Below are positions 42,558-52,168 of a stretch of 57,585 nucleotides of DNA, piece by piece. The position numbers and the translations under genes were made by a program. The notes below the pieces were generated by a model. It was given only the letters and a program-made list of their open reading frames with translations, searched no databases and was not told where the DNA came from. Position 1 is the first letter of the stretch, and every line of letters begins with the position of its first letter. The DNA comes from a virus, in IMG/VR virus record IMGVR_UViG_3300013099_000003, positions 1 through 57,585 of that record. One strand, given 5' to 3'.

Positions 42558-43902
42558 TAAACCTATGGAATTCTTCACTGATATCCTCCAAGTTGAACTG
42601 GATGAACAACAGGAGGAATTCCTCTCAGCAGTCGTAGGTGGCTGCAGAATATGTTGCAAGTCAAGCAAGGGTACAGGTAAGACGTTCCTGATCGCAGGAC
42701 TAACTCTCTGGTTTCTTACCTGTCACCCTAGAGTAACCTTAAGGACTCTGAGCCCCTCTTATGATCAACTCATAGATGTCTACATGAGGGAGGTCAATCT
42801 ACATCACGGAAGGATGCTTCCAGAGTTCGCAGACTTAGTAGAGATAAAGTATGATAAGATAACTCTGAAGGATGATCCTACGAACATGGCAGTCTGTGTG
42901 AGTGCTAAGAGTACGAAGAGGGAGAGACAGTCAGGAGTCCACTCATTTACTCAGGTGTACCTCTTTGATGAGGGCTCTGGTATCCCAGACGATACATACA
43001 GTAATGCAATCGGATCCTTAGGAACTGCCCATAAGGGTGGCTACGTAATTGTCGTCAGTAATCCGGAGAGGGGCTCTGAACCTTTCTACACTGATCTCTT
43101 CACTAAGAAGCCTAAGGGTTGGCAGCTATTTACCTTCACAGCCTTCAAGTCCAAACAGACTACCCCGGACTTCATAGAGGAGATAAGGGAACTGTACGGC
43201 GAAGATAGTGATGAATGGCGTGTAATGATCATGGGAGAATTCCCCAGATCAGATGGATCTATGTATATTCCAATGAGTCTCGTAGAAGAAGCCTCGGGAC
43301 GTATTGTAGCCATGCCTTTGTATATCCGTCATCCAATCATTATAGGTGCTGACATAGCGAGAAGCAAGACAGGTGATAGTACAGTCTTCGTAGTTAGACA
43401 AGGTGCTAAGATCTTAGATATGTATATGATACAAACGGATGATACTATGGAATCCGTCACTATGCTACGGGATATCTATAAGTCAGTAACAGCCTCAGCA
43501 ATCTTCATGGATGCTGATGGTGTCGGTGGACCTGTAGCAGATAGATGTAGAGAGGTAGGCTTACCAGTCTATGATGTTAGAAGTGGACTACCTTCCTCGG
43601 ATCCTCGGCAGTATGCTAATATGCGTACTCAGTTATGGGGAGAGATGAGGGAGTGGTTAGTAACAGGAAGCATACCAGATCATCATGAACTTAAGAGAGA
43701 GCTAGGGACAATGACATGGGGTTACTCAAGGAAGATGGCAGAGCAACTGACAGCAAAGAGGAAGCTAACAGATGCACAAGGGAAGAAGATAAGTAGCCCC
43801 GACCATGCAGATGCCTTAGCTTATACCTTCTTTGATAGTACGCTCTCCATGACTAGAAGAAATACTAAAGCAAGGCCAGTGAGGAAAGCAGCCTGGATAT
43901 AG
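42502..43902 (+). CDS. terL: terminase large subunit
   Basis: Walker A SSKGTGKTF, Walker B VYLFDEGSG, nuclease-domain acidic motifs IGADIA and FMDADGVGG. Start at the ATG with SD gaggagg. Confidence 0.85.
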   Translation, partial: AKKTQKQKLLETAQIYYNDKPMEFFTDILQVELDEQQEEFLSAVVGGCRICCKSSKGTGKTFLIAGLTLWFLTCHPRVTLRTLSPSYDQLIDVYMREVNLHHGRMLPEFADLVEIKYDKITLKDDPTNMAVCVSAKSTKRERQSGVHSFTQVYLFDEGSGIPDDTYSNAIGSLGTAHKGGYVIVVSNPERGSEPFYTDLFTKKPKGWQLFTFTAFKSKQTTPDFIEEIRELYGEDSDEWRVMIMGEFPRSDGSMYIPMSLVEEASGRIVAMPLYIRHPIIIGADIARSKTGDSTVFVVRQGAKILDMYMIQTDDTMESVTMLRDIYKSVTASAIFMDADGVGGPVADRCREVGLPVYDVRSGLPSSDPRQYANMRTQLWGEMREWLVTGSIPDHHELKRELGTMTWGYSRKMAEQLTAKRKLTDAQGKKISSPDHADALAYTFFDSTLSMTRRNTKARPVRKAAWI

Positions 43903-43913
43903 GAGAGTAACTT

Positions 43914-46169
43914 ATGGACATTGGAGTTGAGGTAGCGAGTATAGATCAGATGGTGAGAGCCCATATAGAAGGACTAGATAGTGTTACTCAGGAAGTAGAA
44001 CCTGCAGCTAACTCATCCCTTCGTAATCATATAGTACATGCCTTCCAAGAGAACCGGGATGCCCGGGAATCTGGAGGAGTCAATAAGTTGATGCTTGATT
44101 CTCTTAGGGCCTACAATGGTCAGTATGATCCAGAGGATTGGTCTAAGATAAGGGATGAGGGTGGCTCAACGATATATATGAACCTCACTAGTACAAAAGT
44201 GAGAGCTGCTATAAGTTGGATTAAGGATATCCTCCTAGCAGGTAGAGAGGATGCCTTCAGTATTGAACCTACACCAGTTGTTACGCTACCAGCCACAATG
44301 ATCCAGATGATCAATGAGAAGGTAGCCTCGGACTTTGAGGTTATGACAAAGCCACCTCAGGCACCAGAGGGACAACCACAGGAACAACCTGATATAGCTG
44401 AGACCCTTAAGGAATCTCAGGAGTATAAGAGAGATCTACATGCATCTGTCCTAGAGGAAATTAATAAGGAGGCCCAGTATGCCTTCAGAATCATAGAGAC
44501 TGAGATCAAGGATCAGATGAAGGAGGGTAAGTGGGAACTAGCCCTCTCTGAATTCATCGATGACTTCTGTATATTCCCGACTGCATTCATTAAGGGACCC
44601 ATCATTACCAAGAAGAAGAGACTGAAGTGGGTCGATGGCAAAGTAGAAGCTACCAATGAGTATGTAATGCTTAATAAGAGGATAAGCCCACTGGATGTCT
44701 ATCCATCTCCAGAGGCTACCTCAGTAATGGATGGTAACTTCATAGAGCATCTTAGGATGTCCCGTATGGAAGTAGCCTCCTTAGTTGGTGCTAAAGGTTA
44801 TGATAAGGCTGCCCTTAAGAGAGTCTTAGAGAATAACGAAGGTAAGGGCTACCCGACAGCCTTAGATACCAATATAGAAGACGAGAAGGCCCGGGAAGAG
44901 ATGCGGGAAGATACTCACCGAGCTAACCAGAACGTATTCCACGGACTACACTTCTTTGGTACTGCCCCTATTAAGATGCTTAGAGAGTGGGGAGTCCCCG
45001 AAGATAAGCTAGGCTCTCTGGATGAGATGGAGGAAGTAAACATTGAGGCTATCCTCGTGGGCAAAGAGATCATCAAAGCAGTGATCAATGATGATCCCCT
45101 CGGTAGACGACCTTATTACTCTGCATCTTTCCAGAAGAGACCTGGAAGTATATGGGGTACAGCACCTCCCTTCCTTATGAGGGACATACAGAAGATGTGT
45201 AATGCTTGTGCTAGGAGCCTCAGCAATAATATGGGACTCTCATCTGGGCCCATCATGGAGCTAAACGTAGATCGTCTAGCTGATGGCCAAGATGTCTCGC
45301 AGCTTAGGCCACGAGATGTAGTTCAGGTTACTGCTGATCCAGCAGGTGGTCAAGGCAAGGCAGTAAACTTCTTCGCAATACCCTCTGTAGCTAATGAGTT
45401 GCTTGCAGTATATAAGGAATTCGAGGTTAAAGCGGATGATGTCACTATGATTCCGAGATATGCCTACGGGAATGAGAGAACGGGTGGGGCAGCACAGACA
45501 GCCTCAGGACTCTCCATGCTCCTAGAGTCAGCCTCGAAGGGAATCAAGGATGCCATCAGACATATAGATGAGGGAGTAATTATTCCCCGAGTCGAACAGG
45601 AATTCTACATGACTATGCTCAAGAGGAAGCATGAGTTCTCTGGTGATATCAATGTAATTGCTAGAGGTTCACAGAGCCTCACCTTAGCAGGTGCTGAGCA
45701 GATGAGACGTACAGAGTTCCTCCAGATTACTGCGAACCCCATCGATCAAGGTATCATGGGTGCGGAAGGTAGAGCTGAGATTCTCCGCATTATGGCTGAG
45801 GACTTAGGTCTCGGATCCAATATCATACCTAATAGACAAGAACTGAAGAGCAAAGCCAAGAAAGCAGAGGCAGCAGCAGGAGAGCCCTCACAGCAAGTAC
45901 AGGCAGCTGAGATTCAGAATAAGACTAACATGGCTATAGCTCAGGAGAGAAATCAACTGACAGCTGAGGAAATCAAGAGGAAGCAAGCTAAGGATCAGGC
46001 AGACGTACAGTTGAAGGCACAGGAGCAGGAGCAGAGTGCCCGTTCTGATGCTGCCCGGGTCACGGCATCCTTGCAGGATACTAAGATGAAGACGGACTCT
46101 GAAGAGCTTCAAAGTAACCAAGCAATAGCTCTGAGTCTCCGCACTGGAGATAAAGCCAACAATGTATAA
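43914..46169 (+). CDS. portal protein
   Basis: 751 aa, directly after terL and before scaffold and capsid. Confidence 0.7.
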   Translation: MDIGVEVASIDQMVRAHIEGLDSVTQEVEPAANSSLRNHIVHAFQENRDARESGGVNKLMLDSLRAYNGQYDPEDWSKIRDEGGSTIYMNLTSTKVRAAISWIKDILLAGREDAFSIEPTPVVTLPATMIQMINEKVASDFEVMTKPPQAPEGQPQEQPDIAETLKESQEYKRDLHASVLEEINKEAQYAFRIIETEIKDQMKEGKWELALSEFIDDFCIFPTAFIKGPIITKKKRLKWVDGKVEATNEYVMLNKRISPLDVYPSPEATSVMDGNFIEHLRMSRMEVASLVGAKGYDKAALKRVLENNEGKGYPTALDTNIEDEKAREEMREDTHRANQNVFHGLHFFGTAPIKMLREWGVPEDKLGSLDEMEEVNIEAILVGKEIIKAVINDDPLGRRPYYSASFQKRPGSIWGTAPPFLMRDIQKMCNACARSLSNNMGLSSGPIMELNVDRLADGQDVSQLRPRDVVQVTADPAGGQGKAVNFFAIPSVANELLAVYKEFEVKADDVTMIPRYAYGNERTGGAAQTASGLSMLLESASKGIKDAIRHIDEGVIIPRVEQEFYMTMLKRKHEFSGDINVIARGSQSLTLAGAEQMRRTEFLQITANPIDQGIMGAEGRAEILRIMAEDLGLGSNIIPNRQELKSKAKKAEAAAGEPSQQVQAAEIQNKTNMAIAQERNQLTAEEIKRKQAKDQADVQLKAQEQEQSARSDAARVTASLQDTKMKTDSEELQSNQAIALSLRTGDKANNV

Positions 46170-46356
46170 AGTTAAGACAGATGGAATTACTAAGGATGCT
46201 CTAAGACGGGGAGATACCAAACTATTAATCACCCTCTTAGAGCGTTCTAATCATAATATAATCAGGGAGCTTAAGATTCCCGGCAGTAACACGGCCTACC
46301 TCCAAGGTAGCTCCCGGGTTATTGATGAACTACTAAAGATCTATAAGGATGTCTAA
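46162..46356 (+). CDS. hypothetical protein, 64 aa
   Basis: ORF track. Confidence 0.55.
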   Translation: MYKVKTDGITKDALRRGDTKLLITLLERSNHNIIRELKIPGSNTAYLQGSSRVIDELLKIYKDV

Positions 46357-46386
46357 GCAGAAGCTTACCCACATCCATGGAGAATT

Positions 46387-47349
46387 ATGAAAGATACTAT
46401 TGAGTCACTGAAGAAAGAAGAGAAAGAGCTGGAAGCACTACTGGCTGGCACACCTTTACCCAACGATACCAAGAAGGGTGAAGCTGCCGAGCCTAAGGTT
46501 GATACAGAGGGAACACCCGCAGAAGCTAAGGAGCCGGTAACTCCGAAGCCCACGCCTGTAACGGACGAACAACCTAAGGTACAGACAGAGGATTGGGAGA
46601 AGAGGTATAAGAACTTAAGGGCTGGTCGTGATGAGAAATTGTATCAGACCAAGAACCAACTAAGTGCAGCCTTAGCTACCATCAACACTCTGCAGTCACA
46701 AGTCGATCAGTTACGTACAGCAGTACCCAAAGTGGACCCACTCGCAGGAGTCTTCACTCAGGAAGATACCGATAATCTCGGAGATGCCACCATCGATGCA
46801 ATGAAGCGTGTAACTCAGAAGGCAACTAAGGCAGCCACCGAACCTCTCCAAGCACAGCTTAATGAGGAACGAAGGTTGCGGAAGGTACAGAATGAGGAAC
46901 AAGCAGCAAATGCTAAGGTGGATGCGTATCAGATCTTCTTAGGTCGAGTCGCACAAGCTGTACCAGATTGGGAAGCAGTTAACTTCGATGATGACTTCGT
47001 GGCCTTTATGGACGGACCAGATCTCGATGGAACTCCCCGAAAGACTTACTTCGCACAAGCAGAGGCTCAAGGCAATTCTGCCCTAGTCATTCGATACATG
47101 AATGAGTTTAAGGTTCAGAAGGCCGCCAAGGTTGATCCCTTAGAGGACAAGATCACCCCAACAGGTGAGAATGCGGGAGCCGACCAAGACCAAGAGAAGA
47201 AGCCTACGGTTAAAGTGTTGACACAGGCTTACGTACATAAATTCTATGACGACCTGAATAGAGGTAGATACAAAGGTCGATATACCGAAGCCCAAGCTAT
47301 TGAGGCTGAGATCGACAAAGCTACTATGGAGGGCCGCATAGCACCATAA
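46387..47349 (+). CDS. scaffolding protein
   Basis: Charged, helix-prone 320-aa protein directly upstream of the capsid gene. Confidence 0.6.
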   Translation: MKDTIESLKKEEKELEALLAGTPLPNDTKKGEAAEPKVDTEGTPAEAKEPVTPKPTPVTDEQPKVQTEDWEKRYKNLRAGRDEKLYQTKNQLSAALATINTLQSQVDQLRTAVPKVDPLAGVFTQEDTDNLGDATIDAMKRVTQKATKAATEPLQAQLNEERRLRKVQNEEQAANAKVDAYQIFLGRVAQAVPDWEAVNFDDDFVAFMDGPDLDGTPRKTYFAQAEAQGNSALVIRYMNEFKVQKAAKVDPLEDKITPTGENAGADQDQEKKPTVKVLTQAYVHKFYDDLNRGRYKGRYTEAQAIEAEIDKATMEGRIAP

Positions 47350-47361
47350 GAGGAAAATGTT

Positions 47362-48336
47362 ATGGGAGATATTCGTCCAATTACTACTGGCACAGGTGGC
47401 GGAGAGCCATATGAAGGTATCACTGGTTCTTACTATGATACTACTAAGTTCGTACCTGAGTTGTACTCTAAGAAAGTTCTTCGTAACTTCTATGAGTCTA
47501 CAATCTACAATGAGTGCTTCAACACTGATTACGAGGGAGAAATCTCTGGTCAGGGAGCAAAGGTACATATCCGTAAAACCCCAGAGATCACTGTAAATGA
47601 TTATGCAATCGGTGATGTACTGGATTATGAAGTTCCAACTAAGGATGCTACGAGCCTGAGCATCGACCAAGGCGTTTACTCTGCCTTTCAGGTTGATGAT
47701 ATCAATAAGGCTCAGGCTGACATTGAGTTGGTTAATATGTTCGCTAAGGATGCTGCTCTGCGGATTAAGATCAATGTTGATACAGAGGTTCTTGCATACA
47801 TCGCAACTCGTGCAGACTCCAGTAATGCTGGTGTTGCAGCCGGTGCAGTTTCTGGATCTATCAACTTGGGTGATATCGTAGGTGCAGGACTGTCTGTAGA
47901 CATCTCTACAGATAATGCTATCGAGAAGATTGTTGATCTTAACAGTGTTCTTGATGAAGCCAATATCCCCTCAGAGGGACGTTGGGTAATTCTTCCTGCA
48001 TGGTATTGTGCTATGCTGAAAAAAGGTGATCTGAAGTCTGCTGATATCACTGGTGATGCTACTGGCGTTATCCGTAATGGTATCGTAGGCATGATCGACC
48101 GTACTACCATCTATCAGTCCAATCTCATCCATAGTGCAGAGGATGGAGATACTGAGACCAGCTGGTATGTTCAGGCTGGAACCAAAGAGGCTGCTACTTT
48201 TGCCTCTCAGGTAGACAAGGTAGATACTCTCAAGATTCAGGACTCCTTCGGTGAGTACTGGAGAACCTTGTTTGTATATGGTCGTGCTGTAGTTCAGACA
48301 ACCGCACTTACTACTTTGGTTTGTAAGCCTGCGTAA
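47362..48336 (+). CDS. major capsid protein
   Basis: Position after the scaffold, 324 aa, followed by a hairpin. Its codon usage differs from the rest (fewer AGR codons), as expected for a highly expressed gene. Confidence 0.7.
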   Translation: MGDIRPITTGTGGGEPYEGITGSYYDTTKFVPELYSKKVLRNFYESTIYNECFNTDYEGEISGQGAKVHIRKTPEITVNDYAIGDVLDYEVPTKDATSLSIDQGVYSAFQVDDINKAQADIELVNMFAKDAALRIKINVDTEVLAYIATRADSSNAGVAAGAVSGSINLGDIVGAGLSVDISTDNAIEKIVDLNSVLDEANIPSEGRWVILPAWYCAMLKKGDLKSADITGDATGVIRNGIVGMIDRTTIYQSNLIHSAEDGDTETSWYVQAGTKEAATFASQVDKVDTLKIQDSFGEYWRTLFVYGRAVVQTTALTTLVCKPA

Positions 48337-48343
48337 ATACTCT

Positions 48344-48367
48344 CCCCTAGGCCTCCGGGTCTAGGGG
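48344..48367 (+). terminator. stem-loop after the capsid gene (possible attenuator)
   Basis: cccctag / gcctccgggt / ctagggg; no clear U-tract. Confidence 0.35.
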
Positions 48368-48387
48368 AATTGCTATAGGAGAATAAG

Positions 48388-48894
48388 ATGGCACAAGAAC
48401 TATTAACAGGAGGTGACTTCTGGACTGCCACTCGCAGGAAAGTAAATGCTAACATGACAGCACTAACAGCTGCCCTTCAGGGAGCCTTCATGGTATCCCT
48501 GCCGGGACTCGCTATTGGGTCCACTAAGACTGCCGTGAGTAATGCTGCATTTACCTACACTGTTGGAGGCGTACAGTATAGTAAGGCAGCTGTAGCTGCT
48601 GGAACCGCACCCGGGAATGATGTAATTCCTGAAGGACTCTTCGGAGCAGTTGCATTTGATATAGATGCAGCCGGTACAATCACAGCTGTAGAGGCTGCTG
48701 ACAATGCTACAGGGTATGCTACTGCTGCCTTGGCAATCGCAGGAATTCCTGCAGCTGCTTCTACTAAGGCCCGTATGGGCACCGTAACAGCAACCATCAG
48801 CTCTGGTACATTCACATTTGGTACTACCCTGTTCGATGCAGCTAACACTACTGTAGCTTATACAGATGGTGATACTGCTGCTAATTCATTATAG
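48388..48894 (+). CDS. Ala/Thr/Gly-rich capsid-associated protein, 168 aa
   Basis: ORF track; SD aggagaa; adjacent to the capsid gene. Confidence 0.6.
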   Translation: MAQELLTGGDFWTATRRKVNANMTALTAALQGAFMVSLPGLAIGSTKTAVSNAAFTYTVGGVQYSKAAVAAGTAPGNDVIPEGLFGAVAFDIDAAGTITAVEAADNATGYATAALAIAGIPAAASTKARMGTVTATISSGTFTFGTTLFDAANTTVAYTDGDTAANSL

Positions 48895-48936
48895 ACGGGA
48901 GGCCAGTCATTCGTGCAGGCGAGTGAGTAGACCTCT

Positions 48937-48974
48937 TGTCTCTAGAGACATCTTAATTGGTGTCTCTAGAGACA
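48937..48974. repeat. two 14-bp extended palindromes TGTCTCTAGAGACA (48937-48950 and 48961-48974), 10 nt apart
   Basis: Read directly. Confidence 0.95.
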
Positions 48975-48976
48975 AT

Positions 48977-49056
48977 CTTACTGATCGGAAGATACACCCT
49001 TAGAATCGTGTCGAGTAACTTCGGCTCGGAGTCAAGTGTATCTTCCGATCAGTAAG
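48977..49056 (+). terminator. long hairpin with a 21-bp perfect stem, followed by a T-rich tract
   Basis: cttactgatcggaagatacac (48977-48997) pairs with gtgtatcttccgatcagtaag (49036-49056). The loop is 38 nt; gtatcttttgtatcttctttg follows. Confidence 0.6.
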
Positions 49057-49229
49057 GTATCTTTTGTATCTTCTTTGCCCTTATAGCTCAGATCCCACTG
49101 AATAATCTAGATGTAGGAAAGAGATAGTAAGGAAGGAGCACTCCCATAGATTAGGGGAGAGGTCGGGAGAACTAGGGAAAATCCCTTAGGGCCAAGAGGA
49201 TACAAGTAGGAAGGATGACAGAGAATTAA

Positions 49230-49304
49230 TGCGGAGTATTTCAGAGGTAGAAAACCAGCCTCATAAGCTGGAAGTCGTGGGTTCGAGTCCCTCCTCCGCT
49301 CCCA
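49230..49304 (+). tRNA. tRNA with anticodon CAT (Met, or Ile if lysidine-modified), CCA encoded
   Basis: Hand-folded. Acceptor TGCGGAG/CTCCGCT (1:72 T-T mismatch). D arm TTTC-AGAGGTA-GAAA. Anticodon arm CCAGC-CTCATAA-GCTGG. Variable loop AAGTC. T arm GTGGG-TTCGAGT-CCCTC (one mismatch). Discriminator C, then CCA. Confidence 0.75.
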
Positions 49305-49324
49305 AATTAAACAAAGGAAAGTAT

Positions 49325-49576
49325 ATGGCTAAGCTCGTAAGAGTTCTGATTGAACAGACTGGAGTAGAGACAGTAGTATCACAGAAGTATTATGACAAGT
49401 ACTCCAGAGAGGGCATCAGATACCTCGGTGATGCAGGTGGTACAAAAGAGGATCCCTTCACAAAGATGAGCTACAAGCAGTTGAAGGATGCAGCTACCTT
49501 GAAGGGCATAGATTATCCCGGGAACGTATCTGCCAAGGGCTTGAAGGTATTACTGAGAGAAGAAAGAGAAGAATAA
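49325..49576 (+). CDS. hypothetical protein, 83 aa
   Basis: Trimmed to MAKLVRVLIEQ with SD aaaggaaag. The tracked N-terminal extension overlaps the tRNA. Confidence 0.6.
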   Translation: MAKLVRVLIEQTGVETVVSQKYYDKYSREGIRYLGDAGGTKEDPFTKMSYKQLKDAATLKGIDYPGNVSAKGLKVLLREEREE

Positions 49577-49587
49577 GGAGAGTATAG

Positions 49588-50265
49588 ATGGCAACCTACT
49601 TAGAGCTATGCAGAGTTACGAGACTCATGGTGGGTATGCAAGGAACAGGGCCCTCTTCTATAGCTGGAGCACAGGGTATAGAAGAGGTTCTAGTAAGATT
49701 CGTAAGAGATGCTTATGTTGATGTCCAGAATATGAGGGAGGAATGGAATTGGTTACGGACTGATGGTTCCTTCAGCACTAACATTGGACAAGATGAGTAT
49801 AACTTCCTTGCAATATTCCTAAGTGAGACCCCAGAGTTCAAGAAGTATAAATTAGATTCCTTTAGAATAACTAATGCAAGTGGTAAGAAGACTTACCTAC
49901 GTTATATAGACCATGATGTACTTGAGGCTCGGTATCTGAATACAACAGAACAGAAGCTCCCAACACAGTACACAGTAGATCCCTCCACTAACAGCTTGAC
50001 CTTTAAGGCGATCCCTGATGGAGTATATGCTGTGGACTTTCGGTACTGGAAGAGCCCAGAGATCCTATCTACTGATGCTCAAGTACCTTCCCTCCCCATA
50101 TCATTCCACAACCTGATTGCTTATAAAGCTGTTGAGAAGATGGCAGTATACCTTGGAGCACCTGAGGTTTACGGACGCTACTCTATGGAGGCTGCCAAGA
50201 TGGCTGGCCAATTAATGCGTATCGAAATACCTAAGATGCGAATGACAGCAGGAGCACTAGTCTAA
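49588..50265 (+). CDS. putative head-tail adaptor / tail tubular protein A-like (call by position only)
   Basis: 225 aa, first gene of the post-capsid tail cluster. Confidence 0.4.
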   Translation: MATYLELCRVTRLMVGMQGTGPSSIAGAQGIEEVLVRFVRDAYVDVQNMREEWNWLRTDGSFSTNIGQDEYNFLAIFLSETPEFKKYKLDSFRITNASGKKTYLRYIDHDVLEARYLNTTEQKLPTQYTVDPSTNSLTFKAIPDGVYAVDFRYWKSPEILSTDAQVPSLPISFHNLIAYKAVEKMAVYLGAPEVYGRYSMEAAKMAGQLMRIEIPKMRMTAGALV

Positions 50266-50266
50266 T

Positions 50267-52156
50267 ATGAAATCAACACCAATAAGATTTGGGTCTTACA
50301 AGACAGCCATTGTCGAGCTGAAGAAGGGCATTAATGAAAATGTCTCTTCTTTAGAACTTGAGGGTGGTGAATTGATAGACTGCAAGAACTATATGATAGC
50401 CGAGGGTGGCTATGGTGGCTACACTTCTCTTCCCGGGTATGAGAGATTTGATGGACTTATCACGCCCTCTCGCTTTGAATCAGTGGTATTAACTGTTGAT
50501 AATTGTGATGCTGCTATCTTAATTGGAAACCTCATTACTGGAGGAATCTCTCTGGCCACAGCTACACCTCTAGAAGATGGAGAATTAATAAGTGGTGCAT
50601 ATGTGGATGGAGATGCTCAGGTAATTGTAGAGTGCCTGATAGCTACAGGCTCCTTCGATACTGGAGAAGCCCTTAGTTGGGTAGGTGGAACAGGCACACT
50701 ATTCAATGCAACTGTAATGGAGGGTGGATCAGTAGATTATCACCTAGCCTTGGACTTTGCTAGAACTCAGGTAACTGAAGTTCCCGGCGAGGGACCAATA
50801 CTCGGCCTCCATATATATGAGAAGAGAGCTTACGTATTCCGGAAGAAGATATCACTAGATGAAGTAGGGATGTATGGAGAGGATATCACAGGGTGGATCG
50901 AGATTGATACATCTGCTGATCCTCTAGTCTACTCCATCTCCTCTAATAGATTCAAGTTCTCTAACTATAACTTCTATGCTACCGAGGGCACCTTTAATAT
51001 GTACTGGGTAGACAGTGTGAACCAAGCTAGAGAGTATAATATAGCTACTGATACAGTAAGTACCATAGATAACTTTGGAATGTCCGATATAGGTGATGAT
51101 GCCCCTACAGACATAGCTGCACATAACTTTCATCTCTTCCTCGGATATCGAGGAGGATCTCTACAGCATTCCCAACTGGGTGAACCCTTTGTATGGGATG
51201 GTGTCTTAGGAGCCTCAGAGATAGGCTGTGGTAATACGATAACTAATCTGGTGCCCGGAGTCCAGTCATCACTCTTAGTGTACCTTACAGAAGGGATTAG
51301 GATACTCCACGGTAATACTATAGATGACTTTGTACTGGAAGTATTCAGTGAGACCTCTGGTGCATTCGTAGATACAGCTAAAAGATTACTAGGTACAGCC
51401 TTCTTCGTGGATGATAGAGGATTAAGTACCATGGAAGCTGTACAGGACTTTGGAGACTATGCAGCTAACAGTATAAGCCAGAGATTCAAGCAGACACTCC
51501 TTAGCACAGGACATAGAATTACCCAATGTACTGTCTCTAGAGACTTGAATCAGTACCGGATCTTCTTTGATGATAGACAGGGTATCATAGTATCCTTTGA
51601 GGGGCGTGAGTTCCAAGGGGCTACCTTCATGGAGTATCCAGTAGTAGTCAATGTGGCTGGTCAGGGAGAGGACGAGGAGAAGAGGGACTACATAATCTTT
51701 GCCTCAGGGGAGGATTCAGGCTTTGTATATAGAATGGACTCTGGAACATCCTTTGATGGTACAGCAATTACCTGTAGACTATCTACAGCATTCTACCATT
51801 ATGGTTCCCCAAGGAACTATAAGGCATTCAAGAGAGCAACCATTGAGATAGCCGGACAGAGTGGCCAAGAGTTTGATGTAAAGGTAGACTTTGACTATAA
51901 TGAGCTGGGAGCCGCTAGAACAATCTGGTACTCTGCTGCTGTATATACCACGGAAGGTGGTGCAGTCTACAGTGAGGGCCTATGGGGTATAATGCAGTAT
52001 GGTACAGGTATCGTAGCAACCAATAGAGTTCCTGTGTATCTACAGGGAGTTGGGACCAACATGAGCTATAAGATAATCAGTAATGAGACATATAGACCAC
52101 AGCATGTAATCCAGAATATCATCACAGACTATGAGCTAGTAGGCCGAAGAATATAA
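50267..52156 (+). CDS. putative tail tubular protein B-like / nozzle protein (call by position only)
   Basis: 629 aa, adjacent to the previous gene with no gap. Confidence 0.4.
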   Translation: MKSTPIRFGSYKTAIVELKKGINENVSSLELEGGELIDCKNYMIAEGGYGGYTSLPGYERFDGLITPSRFESVVLTVDNCDAAILIGNLITGGISLATATPLEDGELISGAYVDGDAQVIVECLIATGSFDTGEALSWVGGTGTLFNATVMEGGSVDYHLALDFARTQVTEVPGEGPILGLHIYEKRAYVFRKKISLDEVGMYGEDITGWIEIDTSADPLVYSISSNRFKFSNYNFYATEGTFNMYWVDSVNQAREYNIATDTVSTIDNFGMSDIGDDAPTDIAAHNFHLFLGYRGGSLQHSQLGEPFVWDGVLGASEIGCGNTITNLVPGVQSSLLVYLTEGIRILHGNTIDDFVLEVFSETSGAFVDTAKRLLGTAFFVDDRGLSTMEAVQDFGDYAANSISQRFKQTLLSTGHRITQCTVSRDLNQYRIFFDDRQGIIVSFEGREFQGATFMEYPVVVNVAGQGEDEEKRDYIIFASGEDSGFVYRMDSGTSFDGTAITCRLSTAFYHYGSPRNYKAFKRATIEIAGQSGQEFDVKVDFDYNELGAARTIWYSAAVYTTEGGAVYSEGLWGIMQYGTGIVATNRVPVYLQGVGTNMSYKIISNETYRPQHVIQNIITDYELVGRRI

Positions 52157-52168
52157 GGAGAGGAAAGA

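Noticed and set aside
49077-49091. gcccttatagctcag resembles the acceptor and D-arm start of a second tRNA
   Set aside because: No matching D-stem 3' strand, anticodon arm, T-loop (GTTCGA-type) or acceptor 3' strand follows. It is at best a degraded fragment.
49229-49324. N-terminal 32 codons of tracked ORF 49229..49576
   Set aside because: This stretch is the tRNA gene read as protein. An internal ATG at 49325 with a proper SD gives a sensible 83-aa product.
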